Virus record (IMG/VR): IMGVR_UViG_3300050343_000117
Coordinates: 64,001-128,000 of that record
Length of the DNA: 64,000 nt
Source: a virus
Reading direction: 5' to 3' (one strand)
The position numbers and the translations under genes are program-made. Below, piece by piece: positions 32,901 through 43,083 of this stretch (positions are counted from its first letter, which is position 1; each line of letters begins with the position of its first letter). The notes under the pieces were generated by a model that was not told where the DNA came from, did not search any database, and saw only the letters and a program-made list of their open reading frames with translations.

Positions 32901-33900
32901 CCTGAATGCCCTGTGCACCCAATGGACCAACATTACCTTGGACACCTTGTTCACCTTGTGCGCCGGCCTCACCTTGAGGACCCAATGGACCAACGTTACC
33001 TTGGACACCTTGTTCCCCTTGTGCGCCTTGCTGACCTTGTGCACCTAATGGTCCAACGTTTCCTTGAACACCTTGTTCTCCTTGTGCTCCTTGTTCCCCT
33101 TGAGCACCCAGTTCACCGACATTACCTTGGACACCTTGCTCACCTTGAGAACCCTGAATACCCTGAGCACCCAATGGTCCAACGTTACCCTGAACACCTT
33201 GTTCTCCTTGAGCACCCCGCTCTCCTTGAGGACCTAGTTCACCGACGTTACCTTGAACGCCTTGGAAACCCTGAGCACCTCGTTCTCCTTGTGCACCCAG
33301 TTCACCAACGTTACCTTGGACACCTTGTTCTCCTTGTGCGCCCCGTTCTCCTTGTGGTCCTAGTTCACCGACATTACCTTGGACACCTTGCTCACCTTGA
33401 GCACCCTGCTCTCCTTGGGGTCCTAGTTCACCAACGTTACCCTGAACACCTTGGAAACCCTGAGCACCAACATTACCTTGTGGTCCTATAGGTCCAACAG
33501 TACCCTGCCATCCTAGAGATCCTTGTGGACCTATCGGGCCTGGATCACCTTGCGGACCTTTCTCACCAATATCAGTATTGTCAATTAGTGTGTTGATGTC
33601 AGAAATTTGTTGATCAAGTGTACTGATCAATCCTTCGTTCTGAGTTACCCGTGTGCCTAAAGCATTTACGGTAGCACTATTACCAATAGCATCACTTAGG
33701 TCTGCACTTCCGATTGCTTTGCTTACAGAGCTGTCAACGATATCACTAAGATCTCCTATAGAAATATCACCATCACCTGACAGCGTGGTTAGATCATAAA
33801 GTTCTTGGAAGTTTGCATTAATTTTTTCACTGGCTTCACGGAGAGTATCTCCCTTTCCGTCGTTGGCAGCTCCGCCTGTGTCTAGAATTCTTCTTGTCAT
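29937..33900 (-). CDS. Collagen-like long fibre, about 1320 aa, with a gp9/gp10-type baseplate anchor; split by an apparent 2-nt deletion near 32818
   Basis: N-terminal [29 protein letters not shown]; about 365 Gly-X-Y triplets across ORFs 32809..33900 and 29937..32828; C-terminal [18 protein letters not shown]. Confidence 0.9.
30276..33567 (-). repeat. Gly-X-Y repeat region with 54-nt (18-aa) higher-order units
   Basis: For example [21 protein letters not shown]-type and [21 protein letters not shown]-type blocks. Confidence 0.9.
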
Positions 33901-33914
33901 TTTGGATTCCGTTA

Positions 33915-34874
33915 TTAGTGGTCTGATGCGTCTAAAGTTTCATAATCTTGAGATAGGTCTAAACCTTCATCATCCAATGTTGGGGATTTCACGCCTGCCC
34001 ATTCTGCGACTGTGGTGAAATCATCTACCAACTGCTGTAAAGAAATGTCATCATATTTGTCTAGTGTTTCTAAAGAACTCACGACAATACCTGTAGCAGT
34101 GTCTTTCTGATCCTGAGTTCGTTTATCAATATCGTCATTCTCTTCCATAGTAAGTAGAGAATATCTTGCTTGTACATGTGAACCCATCTGTCTAGTCTGG
34201 AGTTCGATAGCATAGTTAGGTACTTCTAGAGGATCTGTAACTTCTCCCGCTTCAAGACCAACCTCAGCAGAACTCTGAGTGACGGTCTCCACTGCAAGAT
34301 AGAATCCTGCTGGATGTACCAGTTTTTTATATAATGTTTCAAAATCTAATAACGATAGACCTGTTCTCAAAAGAACTGAGAATATTTGATATCGTCTATC
34401 GTCTTGAATGTAGTGTAGTGACTGAGGTCCAATCAATGAACCGCCAGGTTTATCATTCAGAATAAAGATGTCTCTCTTAGGATAAGACACCTCAACGTCT
34501 TCATTGAAGAATGCCTTGAAAAACTGTTCGGTTGATATTTGTGTTCCTTTTGCTCGATATAAGTCCGCAAGTAATCTTGTCATTAATCGCGGATTCTTAT
34601 AGAACGAAGCAGATTCTAATCCATCGCTGAGCTCAGCAATTAATAGATCCAAATATCGCAGATCTGTTGATGCAATGTTTCTTATGTTGAACAGTCTTTG
34701 AATTTGTTCGTCAAAAGAAATAGATCCGTCTTCACCCGTATATTTATAATAAGTCTCTAGAAAAGAAACTAGTTTAGGATATTCTGTCTGATAAAACTCA
34801 GGTAGAATACTCTTTACTTGATTCTGGTGGAATTTAGGATTAATCCTATATTGATTCTCTAGAAATTCGGACAT
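33915..34874 (-). CDS. Baseplate wedge subunit (gp7-like)
   Basis: LPEFYQTEYPKLVSFLETYY, LYRAKGT....FFKAFFNEDV..SYP, IQDDRRYQIFS, LVHPAGF; follows gp6. Confidence 0.75.
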   Translation of the reverse strand: MSEFLENQYRINPKFHQNQVKSILPEFYQTEYPKLVSFLETYYKYTGEDGSISFDEQIQRLFNIRNIASTDLRYLDLLIAELSDGLESASFYKNPRLMTRLLADLYRAKGTQISTEQFFKAFFNEDVEVSYPKRDIFILNDKPGGSLIGPQSLHYIQDDRRYQIFSVLLRTGLSLLDFETLYKKLVHPAGFYLAVETVTQSSAEVGLEAGEVTDPLEVPNYAIELQTRQMGSHVQARYSLLTMEENDDIDKRTQDQKDTATGIVVSSLETLDKYDDISLQQLVDDFTTVAEWAGVKSPTLDDEGLDLSQDYETLDASDH

Positions 34875-36727
34875 TATAATAAGACCTTAGTAGACCCTTG
34901 CTCTGTATTACCAATTACTGTAGATCCACTTGAGTCTAGTTTTATGATGTAGTTCCTCAACGGGGATATTGTACTCTGGTTTGCTGGAGTTGCAGATATC
35001 TTTAATCCGCTGCTCAAGTAACCATCCACATCAATACGAAGGGCTCTGAGATTCACTGTACCTTTCGCTGCATCATAGAAACCCGCATTGCTTAATTTGA
35101 CATCTCCGTTGACATCGAACAATTGTAATCGAGTAGACCCCAGTTCATTTCTAACGAATACGTTTTTATCATACCACTTAAACATAGACGACTGAATAAT
35201 ATGATCGTCTTTATCTGGCGAAGCGATAACGACTGGGTAGTTTATTGTAAAGTCTTTTTCCAAAAAAGTCAAGTCTTCTGACTGAGGATCTAGTGCTTTT
35301 CTAGCAACATTTAAATCAGTAACTATAGAATCGATGTCCAATCGTTGTTGAACTTTGACTTCCATCTTAGAGTTTAGGATTGCGTTGGAGTGATTGTCTA
35401 TCAGAGTTAATAGATTAGATCGTCTGAATGATGAATCAAATGAACTCAATGTCAAATTTGTATATTCAGTAATAATAGATTCGACCGCAACCTCTAATTG
35501 TGAGGCAGAAATATTCTTGACTGGATCAACATTGAATCTAGTAATCAGTTCCAAATATGTAATTTCGGGATTGACAAATTCTGTATCTATAGACATAATA
35601 GATAAGTTGGATGTCAACTGACTACGTATCAAGTTCTCTATTGTAGTTTTGGATTCTTCGTTTATACCGTCAGCGAAATTTAAACTAACAAAAACTTTAC
35701 CATATTGTGGGGGTATGTTATCATTACCACCCCATGTTGAAACATCTCTTAAATAACTACCATACTTACTCATGATCATACCAGTGTAATCGTCAGCAGT
35801 AACCAAACGGTTTTGTGCAGAGAATGCCAGAGGCGCGTTCATCTTGATCTGAGAAATAGACTCACGGGAAGAACCTCCCGCTGATGCAGATACCAAAGAT
35901 ATATTAGTTGAGTAGTCTTCTCCCGTATATTCATTCAGGTTGAATTCAGAACCACCATTTCCCTCTACCCCAGAGGTAGAGATATACTCGATTGAAATTA
36001 TATTACCTGCTTGTGGTCGCTGACCAAGCACATTACCGTCACCGAACAAGACTTCATAAAAACCATTCATTGCTTCGCGTACGATATAAACACGAGATTG
36101 ATCGGTAATCGTCGCAACTTCTTTTATATTGAAATAATTATTAGACTCGCTTGTGTTTCCGTTAGGGAATACAGATATCGACATAGTAGAAACATCTATA
36201 TTATTATCTGATATGACATATGGTACATCTATATTACTATCGGCCAAGAAAGTTTTTGTCTTGACTTTTCCTTCTACTAGTGTTACATTAGGAAATACAA
36301 ACTTACCTGTGGTATCATTAATCGCTTCATATGTTTGTAGTGTAAAAAACTCATAGTTAGTTTCGTCGATCGTGACGAAGAACTTGGACCCTGCATTTAG
36401 TGGTAGAGATGCAGGTGCATTATTCAATACTGTTATTTCTACATCTACCACCGCACGAGCTGCAGTCATCGATGTAGGGAAATACCCTAGACTCTCTGCG
36501 TGAGATACGACAGACGATCGTAACTGAGATGTGCTCAAGAACGATTCATTGATTGACATGTTTGCAATAAGACCATTGATGTGTGTATTGTATGCCAACA
36601 CATCCATAATATTAGACAGTCCACTTGCCTCAAAGTCATAATCTGCAAACTCATCACTTTGCTTGAAGTACGTCTTTAGTTTAGACTTGATATCATAGAA
36701 ATCTAAGTCGGATGAATTAATAGTCAT
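34874..36727 (-). CDS. gp6: Baseplate wedge subunit
   Basis: LDFYDIKSKL, DYDFEASGLS..MDVLAYNTH, FGDGNVLG, AQNRLVTADDY, WGGNDNIPPQYGKVF. Confidence 0.95.
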   Translation of the reverse strand: MTINSSDLDFYDIKSKLKTYFKQSDEFADYDFEASGLSNIMDVLAYNTHINGLIANMSINESFLSTSQLRSSVVSHAESLGYFPTSMTAARAVVDVEITVLNNAPASLPLNAGSKFFVTIDETNYEFFTLQTYEAINDTTGKFVFPNVTLVEGKVKTKTFLADSNIDVPYVISDNNIDVSTMSISVFPNGNTSESNNYFNIKEVATITDQSRVYIVREAMNGFYEVLFGDGNVLGQRPQAGNIISIEYISTSGVEGNGGSEFNLNEYTGEDYSTNISLVSASAGGSSRESISQIKMNAPLAFSAQNRLVTADDYTGMIMSKYGSYLRDVSTWGGNDNIPPQYGKVFVSLNFADGINEESKTTIENLIRSQLTSNLSIMSIDTEFVNPEITYLELITRFNVDPVKNISASQLEVAVESIITEYTNLTLSSFDSSFRRSNLLTLIDNHSNAILNSKMEVKVQQRLDIDSIVTDLNVARKALDPQSEDLTFLEKDFTINYPVVIASPDKDDHIIQSSMFKWYDKNVFVRNELGSTRLQLFDVNGDVKLSNAGFYDAAKGTVNLRALRIDVDGYLSSGLKISATPANQSTISPLRNYIIKLDSSGSTVIGNTEQGSTKVLL

Positions 36728-37171
36728 TTATCTTGTCCTTGCAATAGTTAGTCCTAGAGTTACTCGTTTAGTAGATCCTATAACATCAAATACAATAACC
36801 ACATTAGCGGTATTGTAATCTTCTTTGATGGTAACTTTCACGTCTACTAATTTTGCTCTAGGTTCATGTGCTTCAATCGTTTGTCGTACTCTGTTCTCAA
36901 TATCGGATGGTTCTAGATCGGTTGATAGAGAGAATAGAAAAGTTTCCAAACCTCCACCATAATACGGACGAAAAGGTGTCTTACCTCTTTCTGTCATTAA
37001 TAAGTTTTTAACTGATTGTTTGACTGCTGCAGCATCGGTGACCTTATAGATGTCACCTGTAGAAGGTTTTGCGGTAAAACTAGTATCGATATCTTTGTTG
37101 ATGCGCTTAATCGATGTAGTGATCGGAGCGTTATATAGATTACCGTCTTCTATTGAAAAATTCTTTGCCAT
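36728..37171 (-). CDS. gp25: Baseplate wedge subunit
   Basis: AVKQSVKNLLMTERGKTPFRPYYGG...HEPR. Confidence 0.92.
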   Translation of the reverse strand: MAKNFSIEDGNLYNAPITTSIKRINKDIDTSFTAKPSTGDIYKVTDAAAVKQSVKNLLMTERGKTPFRPYYGGGLETFLFSLSTDLEPSDIENRVRQTIEAHEPRAKLVDVKVTIKEDYNTANVVIVFDVIGSTKRVTLGLTIARTR

Positions 37172-37194
37172 TAGTCTATCAACTCTTTTTGTAC

Positions 37195-37202
37195 TATTTA
37201 TA
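37195..37202 (-). promoter_or_regulatory. T4-type late promoter TATAAATA
   Basis: Exact consensus upstream of gp25. Confidence 0.75.
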
Positions 37203-38595
37203 CAGAAATTGCAACATCGATTGAAGGCAATTCAGGTAAAGTTATATCGAATGAAGTTGGGACACCTATCATACCAAGAACGTCACATAAAGTCAAGTCA
37301 ATAAAATCAAATATAGCACCTAATCCTATAGCATTGAAAAACTTCTTAACAATCTTAACCCAATCGAATAGTAGTCCTTTCTTTGCGTTCTCGAACCAAT
37401 CCCTAGCCGCAGTAGTCAATTGATGTATCTCATCTTCTATACAGATAGTTTTCTTATCAATATCACCCCCGAACACATCCTTTAATGCTATGTTGAATGG
37501 TGCGGGAAATGGTAGCGCAAGTTCAGTTATCTGTGATAACATGTCATCTTTGATTTTAGTGATCTCTGCATCCATGTCAAAGTTCTCTATATCCGATTGT
37601 AGTTGTTCTGCCTGATCCTCTATGCGTTTTATTTCACGCTCTGCTTTTGCCTTTGCCGCTTCTACCTGAGCACGTATCCATGCGGCAATATCAAAGTCTA
37701 ACAACATAGGTAAAGGGGGTAGACCTAGCGCGTCCCATATCGTTTTGAACTTACCGATTAGTTTATCGAACAGTTCAAATAATGATCCGGTAACAAACGC
37801 CATGATCTCGTTCTTGATGTATGACCATGTAAGTTTTGCCTTCCACTCACCACATTCCACACCAAACTCACCGTTGAAGTATTGGTACTCGGCTGGAACT
37901 AAGCTATAAAAGGTATCAACGATTTGATTCTTCGTTTCCTGTAGCGTATCCATCGCAGAGTCATAGGCATCTTGTTCTAACTTACCACTTTCGAAATCAT
38001 CCTTCAGTTGTTGTAGACTTGCGCGGAACCCTTCGGTGTCTCCACTAATCTGTGCCTTGAGTCTCTCTTGTTCTTCAGCGGTAGATATTTTCAAAACATC
38101 TATGGATAGTCCAAGTATAGGCACAGTAAATGTCACTGGTATGATTGCACTGATAAGTTCCATGATCTTCATGGGAATGAATATATGGTAGTCCTGTATG
38201 AGTTCAGTGAATGCGTCTTCCGCTTCCTTTTCCCAATCTCGTACCTGACCTTTCTGCCACCACGGGGCTAGTAGATCACCAACTCCCTCTATCGTATCGG
38301 TAATCTCTTTTATCTGATCTTCTATTTCTTTCTGAATCTCCAGACCAATGTCCATTGATTCTAGTTTCTCAATCTCTGCGTCTAGTTGCGCACGTGCGTC
38401 ACCCTCAGCCTCTCTCGCTTGACGTTTGAGATCTTCTATTTGGTCTAGTGCCTCTGTCTTCTGTGCTTCCAGTTGGGACTGTGCGTCCACTAGCATACTC
38501 TCCAAGTCCGACGGGATCTTAGAGATCTGATTCATCATATTAACATAATCTGCTTTAGTGGGTAGGTTCCCACCACCACAAGGTAAACTAGTCAT
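37198..38595 (-). CDS. Hypothetical helical baseplate-region protein
   Basis: 465-aa ORF coupled to gp5; coiled coils alternate with hydrophobic Pro-rich segments. Confidence 0.65.
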   Translation of the reverse strand: MTSLPCGGGNLPTKADYVNMMNQISKIPSDLESMLVDAQSQLEAQKTEALDQIEDLKRQAREAEGDARAQLDAEIEKLESMDIGLEIQKEIEDQIKEITDTIEGVGDLLAPWWQKGQVRDWEKEAEDAFTELIQDYHIFIPMKIMELISAIIPVTFTVPILGLSIDVLKISTAEEQERLKAQISGDTEGFRASLQQLKDDFESGKLEQDAYDSAMDTLQETKNQIVDTFYSLVPAEYQYFNGEFGVECGEWKAKLTWSYIKNEIMAFVTGSLFELFDKLIGKFKTIWDALGLPPLPMLLDFDIAAWIRAQVEAAKAKAEREIKRIEDQAEQLQSDIENFDMDAEITKIKDDMLSQITELALPFPAPFNIALKDVFGGDIDKKTICIEDEIHQLTTAARDWFENAKKGLLFDWVKIVKKFFNAIGLGAIFDFIDLTLCDVLGMIGVPTSFDITLPELPSIDVAISV

Positions 38596-39251
38596 GAGTT
38601 TATTTTAACAACAGTTCCGGATAAGGATATTTTATCGGACGCCCGTACTGTTACATTCTTTGCAGAAATCTTCGCGTCACCTGTGACAATTATATTACAA
38701 TCACCTTTAATAGTTATATTAGCGTCCTTATCTCCTCTGATCTCTATATCACCCTTGACCCGTAGAACGTCATTCTCCTGTATGGTGGTATCACGACTAC
38801 CGTCGTCTTGCATCTCATAGTATGTACCTGACCTATGTTCTTCACGGATACGCCCATTTGAAGAATCGTCATATTCTTTAAAGTGGCCTGTCTCAGTCTC
38901 ATAGACTTTATTGTACGGATATGCATTCAACGCCTTCTCGTTTGTGTCATCTTCTTTCGGAATCGACCCCACAACCAACGGCAACTGAGAGTTCTGACCA
39001 TCCAAGAAGATACCAAAAACCTGAGTACCCACTAACATACCAAGATTCTGTCCTTTACCTTCATGTATTGCTGTTGTAACCGGAATGATCACTTGTGCCC
39101 AAGGTAAATCTTTATCCTTGATCTCATCGTATACACCGTGCACTTTGACCTTAACACGTCCTAGTTTCAGTGGATCAAAGATATCGACCACGGTACCTAG
39201 GAACCATCGTGTATGGTCGCCATAATACTCAACAAAACTTTTAGGTATCAT
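38592..39251 (-). CDS. gp5: Baseplate central spike (OB-fold plus short beta-helix, no lysozyme domain)
   Basis: DPLKLGRVKVKVHG...LPWA, GIFLDG..QLPLVVGSI, YPYNKVYETETGH..EYDD...RIREEHRSGT. Confidence 0.9.
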   Translation of the reverse strand: MIPKSFVEYYGDHTRWFLGTVVDIFDPLKLGRVKVKVHGVYDEIKDKDLPWAQVIIPVTTAIHEGKGQNLGMLVGTQVFGIFLDGQNSQLPLVVGSIPKEDDTNEKALNAYPYNKVYETETGHFKEYDDSSNGRIREEHRSGTYYEMQDDGSRDTTIQENDVLRVKGDIEIRGDKDANITIKGDCNIIVTGDAKISAKNVTVRASDKISLSGTVVKINS

Positions 39252-40570
39252 AACAATTCTCCATTAGATAGTTTCATAGCAGATAGAGTTAGTGTATATG
39301 TTCTTGGGGATATTGTATGTTTACATGCGAAGATTAAAAAATCACCCGACTTCTTTCTATCATATATTCTGTCTTTTTGCTCAGTGTTGGTATTACGTAA
39401 AAACCGTATATCGATCTTGTTACCGATAGTCTTGTTCGCGTTTCCGTCTAGGAATTCAACACCGTCAACGATTATGTCTATCTTATTATTAGTCAACATA
39501 TACGCCATTGATCGATTGACGATATTAAGTTTATACTGTCCACTGGTTTCACTTTCCATGTAAGACTTTTGTGTATCGTATGCGTTTGTACCGCCTATCT
39601 GTGTGATCTTTCTGCTAGTAATATCACCCTTCGTATCATCTAGCCTAGAACTATCAAATATAGGAGTACCCTTATCAACAATTTTATCTTGTCTTAATAA
39701 CTTAACGACTTCATTATCGATATTAAAATCGAAGTCTACAACCTTATTCTTAGTTACATCTACATAAGAATACTTGGACCCTACCATACCTTCGCGAATC
39801 AATCCAAATATATTGTTGGTGTTCTTAGATTGATGTCTCATTATTGTTCTATTGCGAGCGACTGTAGGTTGTTCATCATTACCAGATGCGCTTTCTGAAA
39901 AGGTGAAAGGCATATCTGGATTTATTTTTATTCCTGTCATCATGCTTCGGAGATCATTGAAGTTTAATTCTTTATCTACTAAGGTCGAGTACAAATAAAA
40001 TGGATACCCGTCACTGGTCGATGCTCGGTTCTTAATCCAGCACATAGCCTCTATCGGAGTTAAGTTAGGTACAATGACCTTCATTGATTGAAAGTCAGTA
40101 GATGAACTCTTAATATCTTTTGAAAAGAACTCGTTAGATATAGTCGAGATAATAGCACTAGGCTTGCCACTCATGGATCTATTCAAATTGTGTAGGTTAG
40201 ATAGGTATCCGATATCTTCGATCAGATGAAAGACGAACATCTCTACATTATCCGATGTCTTATCAGCACTGACTATCTTATCAATAAAGAATGTTTTGGA
40301 AACAACTCGTGTTGAACTGTTCTGCATACTCTTCAGATCTATAGTAATTTTCTCACCACCTGAAATATCTAATGATCCAATTATATCTTCTTGATCAACG
40401 TATGCCAGAGCGGCGGTTAGGTACGGTTTATCGAGATGTTCAAAAATGTCTATCCCACTAGTTGTACTGGATATCTCAATAGTTGGTTTAGAAGCAGAAG
40501 TTTCAAGTAATACACGTTGTATTGAAAGATTATCAGAAAAGTCCTGTTCTGCTGGGGCTTTATCACTCAT
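39248..40570 (-). CDS. Probable baseplate hub protein (gp27-like position)
   Basis: Lies between gp53 and gp5; IFEHLDKPYLT, VIVPNLTPIEA, DRKKSGDFLI...KHT. Confidence 0.65.
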   Translation of the reverse strand: MSDKAPAEQDFSDNLSIQRVLLETSASKPTIEISSTTSGIDIFEHLDKPYLTAALAYVDQEDIIGSLDISGGEKITIDLKSMQNSSTRVVSKTFFIDKIVSADKTSDNVEMFVFHLIEDIGYLSNLHNLNRSMSGKPSAIISTISNEFFSKDIKSSSTDFQSMKVIVPNLTPIEAMCWIKNRASTSDGYPFYLYSTLVDKELNFNDLRSMMTGIKINPDMPFTFSESASGNDEQPTVARNRTIMRHQSKNTNNIFGLIREGMVGSKYSYVDVTKNKVVDFDFNIDNEVVKLLRQDKIVDKGTPIFDSSRLDDTKGDITSRKITQIGGTNAYDTQKSYMESETSGQYKLNIVNRSMAYMLTNNKIDIIVDGVEFLDGNANKTIGNKIDIRFLRNTNTEQKDRIYDRKKSGDFLIFACKHTISPRTYTLTLSAMKLSNGELL

Positions 40571-41286
40571 TACGATCTCAATGCTTCATTAAATAGTGCT
40601 TGTACAGTGTTGATAGACGATGGTTTAATAACGCGTATCTGTTTCAACTTATCATTTTCCTCAACATAGAAATCTAGGTTGGTTTTTGGAACTGCACCTA
40701 AAGGCACACTCATATTACTTAGATCAAGGTCGACTCTTTCATTATTAAGTACGTAATGGTTCGCTGCAAGATACTCTTTGGACGCCCCAGTTACAGTAAC
40801 TATATCACCCTCACATATGGCAACCTCAGCCACATGGAACTCTAAAGCACTTGATAACTTAACTACGATTTGACCTAGGTTCAAGTTCTTATGTACAATA
40901 GTACCCGTCGCGTTACTATCACCCCCAGTTATGGTAGATCCTATATTAAATGCATCGTGTATAGGTCCGGTGGTTGTTATAGTAAAGTTCGAGTAATCCG
41001 ATTTTGCCTTTTCTACAACACCTCTATATTCTAGAGGCCAACCCTGTTCACGTATCTTATCATTCATTAAATAGAATGTCCAGTGCATATGAGGATTTCT
41101 ATATAAAGTAAACGCGGTCTGATCTGGCCTTTCTCCACCTTGAACATAATAGTCCTGATAGAACGCTGAATTAACTTTAATGTCATCTAGTATATCGACA
41201 TAGGTTGCGATGTTCTGGACAACAGCCGATTCTTCGCTGTCGCCAAAGGAATAAAAACTTAATGGGAAATTCTTAAAATATGACAT
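40570..41286 (-). CDS. gp53: Baseplate wedge subunit (LysM-like)
   Basis: MSYFKNFP, GERPDQTAFTLY...HWTFYLMN...WP, ENDKLKQIRVIKP. Confidence 0.9.
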   Translation of the reverse strand: MSYFKNFPLSFYSFGDSEESAVVQNIATYVDILDDIKVNSAFYQDYYVQGGERPDQTAFTLYRNPHMHWTFYLMNDKIREQGWPLEYRGVVEKAKSDYSNFTITTTGPIHDAFNIGSTITGGDSNATGTIVHKNLNLGQIVVKLSSALEFHVAEVAICEGDIVTVTGASKEYLAANHYVLNNERVDLDLSNMSVPLGAVPKTNLDFYVEENDKLKQIRVIKPSSINTVQALFNEALRS

Positions 41287-42418
41287 TAGTATCCATCATC
41301 CTCCATAATATCTGCGCGGGTCAGTGTTCTCTCTTCGACGAAGTTTAATGATAGGTCGATTTCTACAGGTTGACCGTCGGGGTGAAATGCCATACTACTG
41401 GCATTGTAGTTAGTAGCGATTGACTTTAGGTAGCACTTTTTCATTCGATTACCAACACGGACCGGAGATCCTTCTTTCGGTTGATACATAATATCTAATT
41501 CAAACATGTGTGGAAATTTATAACCCGCACTAACACCACCAACATCAATTGATTCCGGATAGGCATACATACGAAATCTTCGAATAATTTTCTTGACCGC
41601 CTTTGCTTCTTCAGCACTCTTTGCGATAAATTTGAATGCGAATGAAAACTCTCTTATGTTCACACCCTTGAATAATGCACGTACGTTAGGGTTCACGGTT
41701 ACACCACCCACTAGAGATGATGCCATATTCGCCTCTGCGCTAACTCCGCCAGCCTTACCTATTCTCGTTGCCATCTTGTTCATCGCAAGTGCTGCCTGAG
41801 CACCAGATAGGTTACCCATAGCAAAATCCATGACTCCCGTCATTCCTTTTGATGCGGTATCTGCGTAGACGCTCCTAGGATACCTTTACCTCCACTGAAT
41901 TGTTGGGCAAGTCCAGCACCTATAGCACCCAGTTCAGGTGTTGCATAATTAAGACCGTCAGTTTGTTGCAGCGATACAGGTAGATATAACTTTACAGATT
42001 CATCGGTGTCTCTCATTTCACTACTAGTAAAGGATAACTCACCCCCTTTCTCAACGAATCTGTTATCAATAGCCTTCTTGTTTTCTTTAGACTTCCTTTC
42101 GTACTGAGCGTCGGTTAGTTTCCCATCCTTTCTCTTAGTCCTTAATTCGTCTTCTTCATTTAATAACTTTCTGTATTCTTCATCTCCCTGTAGAGTAGAA
42201 GCAACATCTGCAGCGCTAGAAGTAAGACCCGGCGGGACTATCTCAAATATTTTAAAGGATATGCTTGCGCCATACCTGTCTTGAGAATGGACAGGAAATA
42301 TTAATTTAGATGGAGCTTTATCAGCAACATTCTGTGGTTGTTCTTCTTTCTTTTCTGCTTCGGTTTTTTCTTCGGGTGATAGATCGAATATTTCCGACAA
42401 AAATTCTAGTATAGCCAT
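41286..42418 (-). CDS. gp48: Baseplate tail-tube cap, split by an indel near 41850-41870
   Basis: VKLYLPVSLQQTDGLNY in the first fragment; NPNVRALFKGVNIREFSFAFKF...EA..VKKIIRRFR..AYP...LSLNFVE in the second. Confidence 0.8.
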
Positions 42419-42435
42419 GAGGGTGAACCTATGTT

Positions 42436-42460
42436 TATAAATACTGTTTGACTATTTATA
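42436..42460. promoter_or_regulatory. Pair of oppositely oriented late promoters (TATAAATA + at 42436-42443, - at 42453-42460)
   Basis: Both exact consensus, in the 52-nt gap between divergent genes. Confidence 0.8.
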
Positions 42461-42470
42461 CATAAAAACA

Positions 42471-43083
42471 ATGAACTTAGTAAACGATACCAAATTCCTT
42501 ACCGATGGATGGCCGCCTTATGAAGAAGGTCATGTTATACCAAACGACATGACCTGCCGAATGGTATATGTAATATTGAAGATGACTCGTTCTAAAAACA
42601 TCTTGGAGATAGGATTCAACTACGGACACAGCGCATCACGTTTTTCTAAACACCGATACCTCGCGTTAAATATCATTCGATTGACATAGGCCAATACGAC
42701 CATACAGCTTTGGTCAACGCTAATAAACTCATTGATATGTACCCCGATAGGTTCGAGTTCACTCACATGAGTTCACACGATATCGACCCATCTAAGGTAC
42801 CCTCGACTATGATATGATATTCGTTGATGGCGACCACAGCATCGATGGTATGTCACGGGACCTGAACCTATGTCAACAATCACGCCCTAAGTACATTCTA
42901 TTCGACGACTACGTCGGCCGACTGTCGATGGATGAGAAGATAGATTCACCTAACCCAAAGAGATTGATACAACATTTTCTATCCAAACCAGACTTTCCAT
43001 ACAAGAAAATAGCACGTGAGTTCGTGTACCCTGCTACCGATCGTATGAACCACATGGTGTTATTAAAACGTGAAGACATATAA
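42471..43083 (+). CDS. Class I SAM-dependent methyltransferase (Methyltransf_24-like), broken by indels
   Basis: ILEIGFNYGHSA in fragment 42471..42689 and MIFVDGDHS...DL......ILFDDY in fragment 42814..43083. Confidence 0.75.

Noticed and set aside
30351-33491. His/Leu/Pro-rich plus-strand ORFs
   Set aside because: Antisense shadows of Gly-X-Y codons.
10776-33567. CRISPR array or diversity-generating retroelement in the repeat regions
   Set aside because: The repeats are degenerate, in-frame coding units with no unique spacers. No cas or reverse transcriptase gene and no adenine-specific TR/VR pair was seen.
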